Below, piece after piece: positions 11,870-25,520 of a stretch of DNA of 64,000 bases. The position numbers and the translations under genes are program-made. Below the pieces are notes generated by a model, which saw only the letters and a list, made by a program, of their open reading frames with translations, ran no database searches and was not told the DNA's origin. Positions within the stretch are counted from its first letter, which is position 1; each line of letters begins with the position of its first letter. Source of the stretch: Octopus vulgaris (taxonomy: Eukaryota); assembly GCA_951406725.2 (NCBI GenBank), contig OX597830.1, positions 41,416,001 through 41,480,000 on the forward strand, written 5' to 3'.

Positions 11870-12372
11870 TGAGTGAGAGAGAGCAGTGCATGCCATCAAA
11901 GTAACACTGGGGTACGAAGCCCAATATACCCATCATGACTATCCATCTAAGGGTATACTAGGTACATGCATCAAAGCCATATGTGCACGACATGGTGGTC
12001 TCATATCAAGATAAACAGTACATGACTTTGCAGGTGGAGCCCAGTTAGAATTTTCTTTAGGTTGAGTAGCTCATCCTGCTCAAAAGGTTCCTGAGGTAAA
12101 TTATTCAAACCCCAAAGAATTCCTCTCAACACATGGCTGTGATACTCCCCCACTATTCCTGCTCATGATCAGAGATCCACATATTATCAGCCACCAAGGG
12201 ACATGCTCAATTGGTTAAGGTCAAGCAACTGACAAGCAAATCTAAGGTATTGAGCAGAATATTTGCTGTAGCCCATCTTTTATACCAAGACAAAACAATG
12301 TACATGATAACACTTCCAATCATTTAAAACCAAAACCCATGAGAGCCACTGCCTGGTACTGCATCAGGGTAT
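11870..12372. mobile_element. ~500-bp non-coding interspersed repeat always embedded in (ATT)n
   Basis: Near-identical copy at 60408-60945 and a 5' half at 33612-33850. Each is bounded by ATT repeats on both sides. Confidence 0.8.
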
Positions 12373-12374
12373 TA

Positions 12375-12424
<50 letters not shown>

Positions 12425-12463
12425 CATCATCATCATCCTCATCATCCTCATCATCATTATTAA

Positions 12464-12496
<33 letters not shown>

Positions 12497-12505
12497 TATT
12501 AACAA

Positions 12506-12588
<83 letters not shown>

Positions 12589-12618
12589 ACATCATCATCA
12601 TCATCATCATCATCATCG

Positions 12619-12710
<92 letters not shown>
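12372..12710. repeat. (ATT)n/(ATC)n/(ACC)n compound microsatellite
   Basis: Directly visible. Confidence 0.95.
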
Positions 12711-12711
<1 letters not shown>

Positions 12712-13017
12712 TTTACTTCTCAGAGCTTTTGGTCTTACTTGTTCTGGTTGATTGTATGAAAGTGGACAGCAATCTGTTGTCAGAGGTCTCACTGGGACTC
12801 TTTCCGCAAATTATAAGACTTGGTACTTGGATGTTAACTATCATGGAAGACACTCAAAATCCTATCTGCCATTTATAGAGCAGTTTTTGGGCATGCTCTG
12901 CCCTCATGTCAATTCTAGTTTCTTCAGCATATTTCTCAAACTTGGTTATCAGTAGTCCGAGTGTCCTGACAATTACTGGGATAACAGTTACTCTTCTCAT
13001 TGTCCACATTCTTGCAA
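12711..13017 (-). mobile_element. 3' end of an R4/Dong-like non-LTR retrotransposon inserted in (TAA)n
   Basis: Minus strand reads ARMWTMRRVTVIPVIVRTLGLLITKFEKYAEETRIDMR...QKT.L...RIL, matching the C-terminus after the restriction-like endonuclease ('RLW....V.VIPVVIGALG...QK..L..A.IL'). TAA repeats on both sides. Confidence 0.7.
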
Positions 13018-13057
<40 letters not shown>

Positions 13058-13058
<1 letters not shown>

Positions 13059-13740
13059 GGGTGTCGACAAAGATCAACTAACTGGTCTGTTTTGGAGAAC
13101 TTTTGGGCAGGGGGCGAATGGATAACTTCTAGAAATCCCTTGCCTGGCAGTGCTACTGAAGGGTGCTGCCTGTTCGGGATAAACTTTACAGGCACGGAAG
13201 TGCCGTCAGCTGGGCCTGCCCAAGGTGTGTGCAGAGTGATGAAACTGTTCTGCATGCCCTCATCCAGTGCCCGAGTACTTTTGACCTGTGGGATTATGTT
13301 TGAACACCTTCTGTCATGCGTAGGATGGATCTGACTATCAGCTGAATCCATAGTGAAGGTTGCCATGCTGCCCTCCTTTGGGTGGGAGGGATAGGCAGTT
13401 TTTATTTGTTTGGTGGCCGTAGCAAAAGAGGTAGCATGGTGGACTCGTCTGAAAGGGCTAAAGTCAGACACTTTCCTCTTTGGCCAAGTCTTCATCAACT
13501 TCTTCAAGTTTCACTTGTAAAGGAAAGAGAGAGTGGAGAGGGAAGTGTTGTCTTCTAGCAAGTTTGTTGAAAGATGGGTGAATGTTGGAAGAATGGCCAG
13601 TGTGAAAGGACCAATTCTTAGTAATGTACACCTGTGAAGAAATAAAAGGAGAAGGGCTCTAGCCCTGTTGATCAGGCACCCGTGGCTTTTGTGGATTTTT
13701 CCACGAGAAACCTTAAAGTGCCTTCCCCTATTGGGAGATT
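13058..13740 (+). mobile_element. L1/Tx1-clade LINE ORF2 3' fragment (zf-RVT CCHC knuckle)
   Basis: SLAWQCY*RVLPVRDKLYRHGSAVSWACPRCVQSDETVLHALIQC...AKEVAWWTR...KFVERW, with stops and frameshifts. Confidence 0.8.
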
Positions 13741-14157
13741 GTTTAAATATTGACTTTGTCTTTCATCCTTTCAGGGTTGATAAAGTAAGTACCTGTTGAC
13801 GTCATCAACTTACCCCTCCCTGCAAAAATTTGGTCCTTGCGCTGATAATAGACGATAATTAATTCTGAGTTCAAACTTCACTGATGTTGACTTTGCCTCC
13901 CATCCTTTCAGGGTCAATAAAATAAGTACCAGTTACATACTGGGGTCAATGTAATGGACTAGCTGCCACCCCAAAAAATTTCAGGCTTTGTGCATCATTC
14001 TGTCCACAGCACAATGAAAATGCATGTATAGAAAGCATTACAATTACACAGAGCACAACAGGAAAAGTAGCAAAGTGATGTTTGTAAGGGATTAAGCCGG
14101 ATTAAGAGATTATATCTTTTATTATTTACTTGTTTTAGTCATTGGACTGCAGCCATG

Positions 14158-14480
14158 CTGTATGGATGGATGGATGGTTGTATGTATGGATATATGTTTG
14201 TATGTATATATGGATGTATGTGTGAATGCATGCATGTATGTATGCATGTATGTATGGATGTATGTATGTTTGTATGTATGCATGTATGTATATATGTATG
14301 TATGCATGCATGTATGTATGGATGTATGTATGTTTGTATGCATGTATGTATGCATGTATGCATGTATGTATGGATGTATGTATGCTTGTATGTATATATG
14401 TATGTATGCATACATGTTTGTATGTATGTATATATGTATGTTTGTATGTATGCATGCATCCACATGTGCACACATGTACA
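14158..14480. repeat. (TATG/CATG)n tetranucleotide microsatellite
   Basis: Directly visible; source of the ORFs at 14122-14582. Confidence 0.95.
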
Positions 14481-15117
14481 AATGTGTGTGTTTGTGTCTC
14501 CTTGTTTTCAAATTACATGACAGTTGTAAGTAAGCATCTCCGTCACGTAAGCAGTCTTGTTCATTTCCAGCCTGTCATGTAAACATGTCCAGCTAAAGGG
14601 AAATATTACCTTGTTTTGAAACAAGAGATAGTTGGCAACAGGGAAGGCATCCGACCATAGAAAATCTGCCTCAAGCCAGATAATCTGACCCAAGCAAGAA
14701 AAAATGGACATTGAAACAGAAAGCAGCAACAAAAACAAACAATATGGTTAATTTATGCAGTAGGCCTAATTTAAATGGTAGGCTTAACATGTCTGATTTG
14801 ATATAATTACCTGGTCCTGAAGTCTCTTTGGTAAAGTCTACTCTATTTCTGTTGTAAAATATTCAGAGCTCACTACAGTGATAATTGCTCATTGTCTTTT
14901 TCCAGTAGAACATCTTTTCTCAAACTGAGTAACAACCACATCAATCTCACCAGTCTTGGAGAGTTTGTAAAGGTCACTGGCACAGACCTTCATCCTTTGA
15001 TGCATGAACCAATGAGAGAGCCTCTATGTGGTCCTCTAATGTGACCTTATCATCTTTATAAAGAAAAGAGACATTGGACAATGTACCCAGGTTCCAACTC
15101 CCTAAAAAGACGGAATA

Positions 15118-15677
15118 CATGAGTCAAAAAGTAATGCCATTTTGTTTAGGATAGGTATAATTACCAATGCAGGAACATGTATCATACATCAAAATGAAGC
15201 TGGTCTTCTGTGGATCACATCCCTACTTCTCAACATAGTCACTGTTTCTTTGAATAGCAATGTTCCACCTTTGAATGAGAGCATGTATCTCTGCCCTGTA
15301 AAATTCTGTTGACTGTTCTTTGAGCCACTTCTTCACTACAGTTTTCATTTCTTCGTCACTAGAATAATGTTTGCCTCTCAAACCCTCTTTCATGGGGCCA
15401 AAGAGATAGTCTGAAGGCGCTAAATTATTCCAGTGACGAGAAAGTGAAAACTGTATTGAAGTGGCTCGAAGAACAGTCAACAGAATTTTATGGGGCAGGG
15501 ATATATGCTCTCATTCGAAGGTGGAACATTGCAATTGAGAGAAACGGTAACTATGTTGAGAAATAAGAATGTGATCCACAGAGGACCAGCTTCATTTTGA
15601 TGTATGATACATGTTCCTGCGTTGGTAATTATACCTGTCCTAAACAAAATGGCATTACTTTTTGACTCACTCTCGTA
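15118..15677. mobile_element. Fold-back mariner derivative (two inverted copies of the transposon 3' end)
   Basis: Arms of about 15121-15368 and 15424-15669 are reverse complements. The minus strand encodes LAPSDYLFGPMKEGLRGKHYSSDEEMKTVVKKWLKEQSTEFYRAEIHALIQRWNIAI, a mariner C-terminus. Confidence 0.9.
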
Positions 15678-16107
15678 CCTTTGATTACAGTTGGGCACAC
15701 ATTCTTATGCAGGAATGCAGAGGCATTGGCAAAAAAATGGTAAGTTGACTTTGGGGAACTAAAGATTTCCTGTGATTTGCTTCAGGGTTTGGAAAGACAG
15801 ATATGGTTGAATGTCTATTCTACATGTTTACATAATATGGAAAATATGGTAGATATTGACAAGAACATGTACACACATATACGTACATGAGTATGCAGAC
15901 ATCTACATACGCATGTTCAAGGCAGTGCTCCAGCATGGCCGCAGTCAGATGACTGAAACAAGTAAAAGAATAAAAGAATAGAAGAATGTGAATATGTGTA
16001 CACAGATATAAACACATACACACTTATACTACGTAAGGAGTAAACATGAGTTCAAACGCTAAAACAATCAGAAAGTACAATAACAATCATTATAAATGGC
16101 GTTACAT

Positions 16108-16186
16108 GGGTGGTGGTGGTAGTGTTGGTAGTGGTGGCGGTGGCGGCGGCGGTGGCGGTGGTGGTGGTGGTGGTGGTGGTGCCTGT

Positions 16187-16230
<44 letters not shown>

Positions 16231-16262
16231 CAGAAGTGGTGATGGCGGTGGTGGTGGTAGTA
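16108..16262. repeat. (GGT/GGC/GAT)n microsatellite
   Basis: Directly visible. Confidence 0.9.
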
Positions 16263-16689
16263 GGAAATGAATTATAAATAACAATGTATTTCATGTGAAT
16301 CTCTTATTTACTTATTTATTTATTTATTTATTTTGTCAATTTTCTCCTATAATTAAGATTTTATTGTGTTGCTCTCACGCATGAGATATTACACAATCAT
16401 GCGTGTGAGATCTCACATAATATCACCATATATTTCTAGAAACATTTACATAAGTTCCCTTCCATCTGTCCACTAAGCAAACAAACCAAAAAGCCTTACA
16501 TTTTATGTTAGTTGTCATCAGTTAGTACATAAAGGAAACTGTTGGACAAGCTGATAAAGGGGCCTTCTAAATCTTCCATTGAGCTGCTAGATATAGCAGC
16601 CAAATCTTCTCTTGAAGTCCTATCCTGACATCTTAAAAAAAAAAACGAAATTAAAACATAATTTTATTTATGTAGTCTTAGATATCACT

Positions 16690-17789
16690 ATAGGCACAAT
16701 GCCTGACATTTGTGTGTGGTGGGGAGTAGTCAGCTACATTGACCCCAGTACTCAACTGGTATTATTTATTTTATCGACCCCCACCCCCAAAGGATGAAAG
16801 GCAAAGTTGACCTTGGTGGAATTTGAACTCAGAATGTAGACTCAGACAAAATGCCACTAAGCATTTTTCCTGGTATGCTAATGATTCTGACACCTCACCA
16901 CCTTATAATGATAATGATTTCAAATTCTCTATGTTTAGCCCCTTGTGGGCAATTAAGAAATAAGAATTTTTGAACTCAGAACGTAGCGTTGGCAAATTAC
17001 TGCTCAGCATTTCATCTTGCATGCTAACAATTCTGCCAGATTGCCACCTTCAGCCTTAACAATAATAATCCTTTCTACTATAGACACAAGGTCTGAAATT
17101 GTTGAAAAGGGGACTAGTTGTTTACATCGATCCCCAGTGTTTCACTGGTACTTAATTTATCAACTCCAAAACGATAAAAAAGCAAAGTCGACCTCAACGG
17201 AATTTGAACTCAGAATGAAGAGATGGGCAAAATACTGCTCAGCATTTCATCCACCACTCTAACGATTCTGCCAGCTCCCCACTTTCAGCTTTAACATTAA
17301 TAATAAGAAGAAGAATGGTTTCAAATTTTAGCACAAGGCCAGCAATTTCAAGGAAGGAAGGAAGGAAGGAAGTAAATTACATCAACCCCAGTGCCCAGCT
17401 CTTACTTATTTTATCAACCCCAAAAGGATGAAAAGCAAAGTTGACCTCAGGCTGTATTTGAACTCAGAACATAAAGGCAGATGAAATGCCATAAAGCATT
17501 TTGTCCAACATGCTAACAATGCTGCCAAGCTGGCTGCTTGAACAGTAATAATAAGAATGGCTTCTAATTTTGGCACAAGGCCTGCAATTTCATGGAGAGG
17601 GTGGTTAGCCAATTACATTGATTCCAGAGTTGTGCTGGTACTTATTTCATTGATCCCACTCCTCTCCAAAAAGAAGGACGAAAAGTGAAGTTGACCTCAG
17701 CAGAATTTGAACTCAGAATTTGAACAGACAAAAATGCCTCTAAGAATTTTGCCTGGAATGCTAACAATTCTACCAGCTCACCACCTTAA

Positions 17790-17790
<1 letters not shown>
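16690..17790 (-). mobile_element. Head-to-tail array of ~5 SINE family B copies
   Basis: Repeated AAAGTTGACCT..GAATTTGAACTCAGAA..GCTAAC.ATTCTGCCAG units separated by short AAT-rich linkers. Confidence 0.85.
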
Positions 17791-18000
<210 letters not shown>

Positions 18001-18479
18001 CCATGTGCCTTCACTTGATGGATTGTACTTGTAATTTAAAGGTCCAAACTTGTCACACGCTACGTCATGCGGAATCTACCTGAGAATTACATTAAGAACA
18101 TGGGAGATGTGTCTTTGGAATATCCAACCATTTTGTTTGCTAATTCAATGAACAAAAAAGTTCAGTTGATCAAACAACTGAATATTCTTCATTGAAACCA
18201 ACAGAGATCTTTTATTACTTACTTACGCCCTTCAGGGAAACACACAGAAAGAAAAGGAAAAAAAAATGTGCTAGAAGGTCATGCAATTTCATTTACCCAG
18301 CGTAATAATCTGAAACCTCATCTCATGTAATATATATATATATGTATTATGTATATGTGTGTATAGGAAGGAAATCAATGTGACATTGTAAGCTAACTGC
18401 CAAATACAGAATAGGTTGTTATTATAAAACTTAATAGGGAGGAAAGATTTTAAAATCAACATCGCTTCCTTTGCAGGAT

Positions 18480-19030
<551 letters not shown>

Positions 19031-19659
19031 AGAGCAGTGTTAGTTTTATTGTTTTATTCTAAATCAAAAAATTATCACATCTAATTGTTTCCACATGACA
19101 CTTTTCCTATCATTTAAGGTTAAAATTTCTTCGGCTCTTGTTTTATTTATTTATATTTTTTGAGCTGGATGAAGTTAGTTTCATTAATGTACTTTTTCTT
19201 TTCTTTTTTTTTTTTTGTATTTTCAATTCATTGTAAATTCAAATTAATACTAATTTATTTAAATTAAATTTACTCCCTCCCACCACCACCACTCTTTTTA
19301 GGTTGTTTTTTTTTTTTTTTTCAGTTAAGCTCTGAATCTAAAATTATACAGATTCTAAAATGTATTTATTTTCTTTAGAATCTTGGACTAATTCCGTATA
19401 AAAGATTTCTGTTGAACAGAAAACTAGTCAAAATTATGGTAGCAAAGACAATAGCAGTAAAGTGTTATTTTCTAAAATATTAGATTGTATTGTCTTTAAA
19501 TATGGTGTTTATTGATTGAAATTATAGATTTTAATTACTTGATATATTTGTTTCTTCTGGATTATGCACGAAGACCCTATATTTTAGAGAAAAGGAAAAT
19601 AGTGCTGTCCATATTTTAACAACATAAATTCAGAGTTTAACTAAATTAAAATGTGTACA

Positions 19660-19860
<201 letters not shown>

Positions 19861-20635
19861 CAGCTCCACCACCACTATCCATACACACAAGCCATCCTTC
19901 TGGTCAATCTCGATCTGGCAGATTTATGATCAAAGGCTTACCATTTATGACCTTCACCTCTTATTTTCAGTCATCCTTTCTTTTTTCAAGGCACCTACAT
20001 CTATCCATTCATCATACTTCCATATTCCTCAATACTATACCCCACTCCATGCCAGTATGGAAAAAGGGACATTAAATGATGATGATGATGACTGTCTAAT
20101 GAAATAGGAGGGATATTCAACTGCAATTTCTAGCAGGTCAAGCAACCATGTAGAGGCTTTTGCTTGGTTGAGACTGTTGAGGTTTTAGTGGAAGCTAATC
20201 TCTTCTACTCAGCTCCTTGATATTTAAAAAACAGGTGTTAACAGGAAGTACAGTTTGGCTGAATGGTTAAGATATTTGCTTATCGATCACATGGTCCTAT
20301 GTTCAATCTCACTATGTGGCATCTAAAGCAATTTTTTTTTTCTATTAGGGTGGTAAACTGCCAAATTTGATAACATGCCAGACAAAATGCTTAGCAGCGG
20401 TCATCTTTGCCTTTCTTCCTTTTGGGCTCAATAAAATAAGTACCAGTTGAGCACCGAGGTCAATATAAGCAACTGATATCTTCACCCAGAAATTTCAGGT
20501 CTTGTACCTAGAGCAGAAAGAATTATTATTTTCTTCTTTTTCAAGGTGGTGCCCCAGCATTGTCACAGTCCAGTGATTGAAAGAAGTAAAGGATAAAGGT
20601 GAAATAAATCCTTATTTTGACTTCTAAACAATCCT

Positions 20636-20864
20636 TTAACCCTTTAGTGTTCGCATTATTCGACCAAAACTAATTCTTTTTCATCCTCATTGCTTTGAAT
20701 TAATCATGCATTATCTTGTAGCTTTGAGATTTTGATGAGGTAGCTGTTAATTTTTAAAACGACATTGTAGGGTTGGTGTGAGAGACCAGATCTGGCCAGT
20801 TTGAACATAAAACAGGCAGAATACTTTTGGCCGGATATGGCCGGTTTAAATGCTAAAAGGTTAA
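20636..20864. mobile_element. TTAA-flanked MITE family B (~225 bp)
   Basis: TTAA|CCCTTTAG...TGCTAAAAGG|TTAA. Further copies at about 21370-21580, 23945-24165, 28886-29081, 41477-41704 and 63131-63275 (truncated). Confidence 0.85.
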
Positions 20865-20977
20865 GGGGGAAGGCTCTATTTGATTCATTTGACCCCCATG
20901 AATGTTAGTCTAGTATTTTTAAAGTTACTTCATCCCAGAGTAGTGGAAGACAAAGCCAGCATTGGTGCCACCGAAAT

Positions 20978-21174
20978 TACCATATTTACTTGTGTATAAG
21001 TCACATGTGTATGCAAGTCCCCCTTCCTGTCCCTGTAATTTTATGTTAAATCTTGGTACAAATTTTTTTTCCCTTAATAGTTTTAGTTCTACTCCATGTA
21101 TAAGTCAAACACCGATTTATTCCAGTTACAACCAAGTATAAAATTGTGCAACTTATAAACAGGTAAACATGGTA
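20978..21174. mobile_element. TA-flanked MITE with CCATATTTAC...GTAAACATGG TIRs (pogo/Tc2-like)
   Basis: TACCATATTTACTTGTGTATAAGT ... ACTTATAAACAGGTAAACATGGTA, with repeated TGTATAAGTC motifs. Confidence 0.65.
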
Positions 21175-21259
21175 AGAATGGAAAAGATTAAAATTAACAA
21201 CTGCAAAGTGTTTTGTTGAATTTGTGTTCCATTCTTTTGACCCACAGTTTCTTTAAATA

Positions 21260-22027
21260 TTGGGTTGTCTGGAAAGTTTGTGCCGATTTATAGTAGCTTA
21301 CATTTTGACTTATTTTAGAACATGGTTGAGTCCATAAAATAGGATTTGACTACACCTCCATTTAGAGCAAACCGGCCATATCAGGCCAAAATTTTCTTCC
21401 TGTTTTTAAGCTCAAACCAGCCAGCTCTGACCTCTCACACCTACCCTACAAAGTCATTCTAATAATAAACAGGGACATCATCAAAATCTCACAGTTACAA
21501 GATGCTGTACAATTAATTTAAAACAATGTGATTAAACAGGCTTTACATTTGACAGAGTAATCTGAATGCTAAAGGGTTAAGCTATCTTTTCGTGGAAGAA
21601 GGTTTATGTTCCTATAACCTGTGTTAATTCTGTAACCGTTTAAAATGGAAGATAAGAATGTTCATTTTCGGCACTTGATGCTTTGGGAACCAGACAAAAA
21701 TTGCTGCAGCTTGGCTGGGATGTGTTACCTCACCCCCTATATTCACCAGATATTGCTCCTTCAGATTTCCACTTATTCAGGTCTCTGCAGAATAGTCTTA
21801 ATGGTAAAAATTTTAATTCCTTGGATGATGTAAAAAGATACCTTGATGAATTCTTTGCCATGAAACCACCTCAAATCTGGGAAGAGGGTATTTTCAAGTT
21901 AAAGAAAAGATGGAGACACATTGTGCAACAAAATGGTTCAAATTTGGTTGATTAAAAATGTAATGGCAAGTATTTATTATCTTATTCTTTCCTTTAAAAG
22001 TCGGCACAAACTTTCTGGACAACCCAA
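21260..22027 (+). mobile_element. Internally deleted DD34D mariner with intact TIRs, carrying a nested MITE-B
   Basis: TA|TTGGGTTGTCTGGAAAGTTTGTGCCGA ... TCGGCACAAACTTTCTGGACAACCCAA|TA. The N-terminus MEDKNVHFRHLML abuts TRQKLLQLGWDVLPHPLYSPDIAPSDFHLFRSLQN. Confidence 0.92.
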
Positions 22028-23202
22028 TACATGTAGTCTTTTATTGGTTTCAGTCATTAGATTCCAGCCATACTTGGACACTGCCATCAAAGAGTCAATA
22101 CTTACCCAAAATTATTGTGCATCAAAGCCAGAAAAACATGATTGCAAAGCAAACATATTAACCACTTAATTATTACAGTGCTTGTATCAAAAAGAATAAT
22201 TAATTACATAACCACAAGGTTTTATATTTGTTGTGTAGGTGAAATGAATGTATATGATGTTCAGAATTTTGTACAGTATTCATCATAGTTGAAGTGAACT
22301 GGCTACAAACAGGGTGTGAGACATTTTGGCATGGCCATTTTGGCGCCATTTATTTGGTGTTACTGGTTTGATGATGACTTACTTGACAGCAGACGTTTTT
22401 AATGTTTTTCTCTCTTTCACTTAGCAGTTCATCAAAAAAGACTAATAGAATAAGAGTAAGACTTGAAAAATAAGAACTAGGATCTATTTGTTTGTCTATA
22501 TCTTTCAAGGCAGTGCCCCAGCATGGCCACAGTCCAGTGACTGAAACAAGTCACAAAGATAAAGGCTACATGATGGACAGTAATAGAACTGGCAGTATAA
22601 AGTATATCAGAAGAGTCCAGCATGTATCTACTTCTTGCATTGGCTTTCCAGAGGTTTCTATTTTTCATACATTCAACATCCACTAATGGAGTTATTTATT
22701 ATTAGCTATCCTTTGTCAAATTTATTTTTAGCTATCTTTTGTTGAGTTTCTATCAATAAAAAAAATTACTTTTTTTAATTATAATTATGCCTATCTATTT
22801 TATTCTGTTCTCATAATAGCTAATATAGATTAATTTGTAACAATAATATGCTGTGCAATAGGAGTGGCTCAATATTCTAGTAAGACTGTTGGGAATTATG
22901 GGATAGGCATGATCGCTGGCTTTGTGATGAATAGTTTGAAAGCAGGTTAAGTGTGCTTATGTCCATGGGTCCAAACCCTTGCATTCTCAAGCATTAAGGG
23001 GAGAGAGGAGTGAAGATGCCATTTGTATTTTACTATTTGATGTTATAGATAGTGGCTGTATGGTAAGAAATTTGCTTCTCAACCACATGGTTTCAAGTTC
23101 CATCCTACTGTGTAGCACTTTGAGCAAGTGTCTTTTACTATAGCCCTAGACTGAACAAAGCCTTGTGAAGGAATTTGGTTGATGGAAACTGAAAGAAACC
23201 CA

Positions 23203-23238
<36 letters not shown>

Positions 23239-23252
23239 TGGTTACTGTCTCC

Positions 23253-23575
23253 TTTCCTTGCTGTCACCATGTGGTGACTTGCGTGTCTCAGTGACCCTGA
23301 GCTATGTGAGCAGACCCCAACTCCTGGTAGGGCCTTCCATGCTGGACAGATCAAAGGATAGGGGCCAGACTAATACAGAACACTTCTTCCCAAAGATAAA
23401 AAGGAGCTTGCTTAAGGCCAACACCTCTACCTAGAAAATGGCAAAGTAACAGAAGCATCAATGATAGTGAAAAACCAAAGAAGACCAGGGAGAGAGAAAG
23501 ACAGCCCAGAGTCAAGAAGATTGGAGAAATGTCATTGATGGCCTTTGCTCCATAAGGTATCGAAGGATTTAAGCT
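23253..23575 (+). mobile_element. RTE-derived short non-autonomous retroelement
   Basis: Similar copy at about 45860-46140. The 3' end reads like the RTE C-terminus AQSQEDWRNVIDGLCS. Confidence 0.55.
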
Positions 23576-23813
23576 AACAAAGTACAATGTGCACAGCTTC
23601 AAACTGATCATCTCTTCTGATCATCATTCATCTCATTGGTGGTAGTGGTGGTGGGGACATCTATTTGAAGGATATGTGATGATGCAGCTTCTTTGTCACA
23701 GAAAAGATGCAGTATGCAGAAAGAAAAAGAAAGTGACAGAAAAAGAAACAAAAATTATTTAGAGTTATGGAAGATTCTGGAATGTAAAAATAATTTGATA
23801 TTGCAAGCGTTCT

Positions 23814-24243
23814 TTAACCCTTTCATTACCATATTTCTTCTGAAAAAACACTTCCATCGTTCCAATTAATTTTGAAAATAATGAAGCTGATTATTAGACT
23901 GGTGGTTTGGAATATGGATTTTCATGAAATTTTGACAGAAGTTTTTAACCTTTTAGCATTCAGATTATTCTGTCAGATGTAATGCTTATTTATTCATATT
24001 GTTTTGAATTAACCATGCCTTATCTCATAGCTTTAAGATTTCGATGATGTGATTGCTTATTTTGAGAATTATATTGTCTGGTAGGTGTGAGAGGTAGGAT
24101 ATGGCAGGTTTGAAAATAAAACAGGGAGAATATTTGGGCCAGATATGGTCAGTTTAAAGGGTTAATTTAGATAATTTTCAAACAGAAAGTTTGCAACATA
24201 AAATCAGAGGTGGTCTTAGATGGATTGGTATCAAAAGGATTAT
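23814..24243. mobile_element. MITE A with MITE B nested at an internal TTAA (23945-24165)
   Basis: Both pairs of CCCTTT/AAAGG ends and the TTAA duplications are visible. Confidence 0.75.
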
Positions 24244-24964
24244 TGAGTAAGTAGAAATTTTAGGAAATTCGGAATGTACTTCTTATATTCATAGACTGAC
24301 TGATCAAACATATAGCTAGATATGTAAAGTTGGAAGCTATTTACCATCATCTCTCTCCTAGTCTTGTATATAAATATATATATAATCTACATTTGTATGT
24401 ATGAGGGTGTGTATGTTTGTGTCTCCTAGTCTTGACATTGTGTGATACTTGTAAATGATGGTCGCTATCATATAAACAGTGTCATTCACTTCCAATATTC
24501 TGTGAGAACATATCTGGCCATGGGGAAATATTAACTTACTTGGAAACAGTTCAGGGTTGATGACAGAAAGGATATTTCCAGAATTTTCAGCTCTAATGTG
24601 TACCTCAAGTATAACAACTATATTCTGGACTGGAATAAGCAGATGTGCTTCAAGAGGACACAGCTTGTATTTTATTCCAACTTACATGATACACACACAC
24701 AATCATCATCATCATTTTAACATCCACTTTTTCATGCTGCATGGGCCAGACAGACTTTATTGAGGCTGGATGTCCTTGCTGTCATCAACCCTGACCCGTT
24801 TCCAAGCAAGTTAATAGTTCCCCCTGGCCAGATATGTTCTCTCAGAATAGGTGAATGACACTGTATGACAGTGACAATCATTTAGAAGTCGAGACTAGGA
24901 GACACAAATATACACACACTCATACAAACATACAAATGTAGATTATATATATATATATATATAT

Positions 24965-25520
24965 TATGGCTGACCCCTTGTTATCAAGTATGGCCATTGC
25001 ACGAAGCTTAACTGTTACTGGTGCTGTGATTGAATGTGACTTTTTAGCCCAGCTAAAGATCTACATTGTCTTGTATAGAATTGGCAACTAAAACCTTTAC
25101 CGGTAATAGCCAGCTGTAGTTGTAACTGGGCTTCATGTACCTTTGCATGTCGTTTAAGTCCTCCTGCCGAATTACACTCTCTTCCACATGCCCGACAGAT
25201 ATGATTAGTATGGTGTGTTACACCACCACCAGTGGCCAGGTTGTCACTCATCTGTCTTGCTTTATGACTACAAAGATGGCTCTTGAGTCCAGCTTTACTG
25301 AGGCAGGGTCTTGCACAGACACTGCATGTCAGCATCATAGGAAGACCCTTCCCATCTGGAAGTGTAACAGCAATGCCCTTCCTGACATCCCTCCTTACTT
25401 TCTCATGTGCAACTCGAGATTTCTCAAAAGTGGCTGTCCCCTCGTGCACAATCCTTCTCCACCTGCTACGATCAATAGCTATGCCTTCCCATGTGTCAGG
25501 AGAGATGCAAGCATCTCTTA
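24965..25520 (-). mobile_element. RTE-clade LINE 3' end with three C2H2 zinc fingers
   Basis: ISPDTWEGIAIDRSRWRRIVHEG..FEKSR, then CSVCARPCLSKAGLKSHLCSH, CRACGRECNSAGGLKRHAKVH and CQFYTRQCRSLAGLKSHIQSQH. Short 3' UTR and (AT)n tail. Confidence 0.85.

Noticed and set aside
16046-16294. Gly-rich / poly-Pro (formin-like) ORFs
   Set aside because: GGT/GAT microsatellite; no adjoining domain or exon boundaries.
16373-16412. Inverted repeat CTCACGCATGA...TCATGCGTGTGAG as a pre-miRNA
   Set aside because: The stem is too short and there is no supporting evidence.
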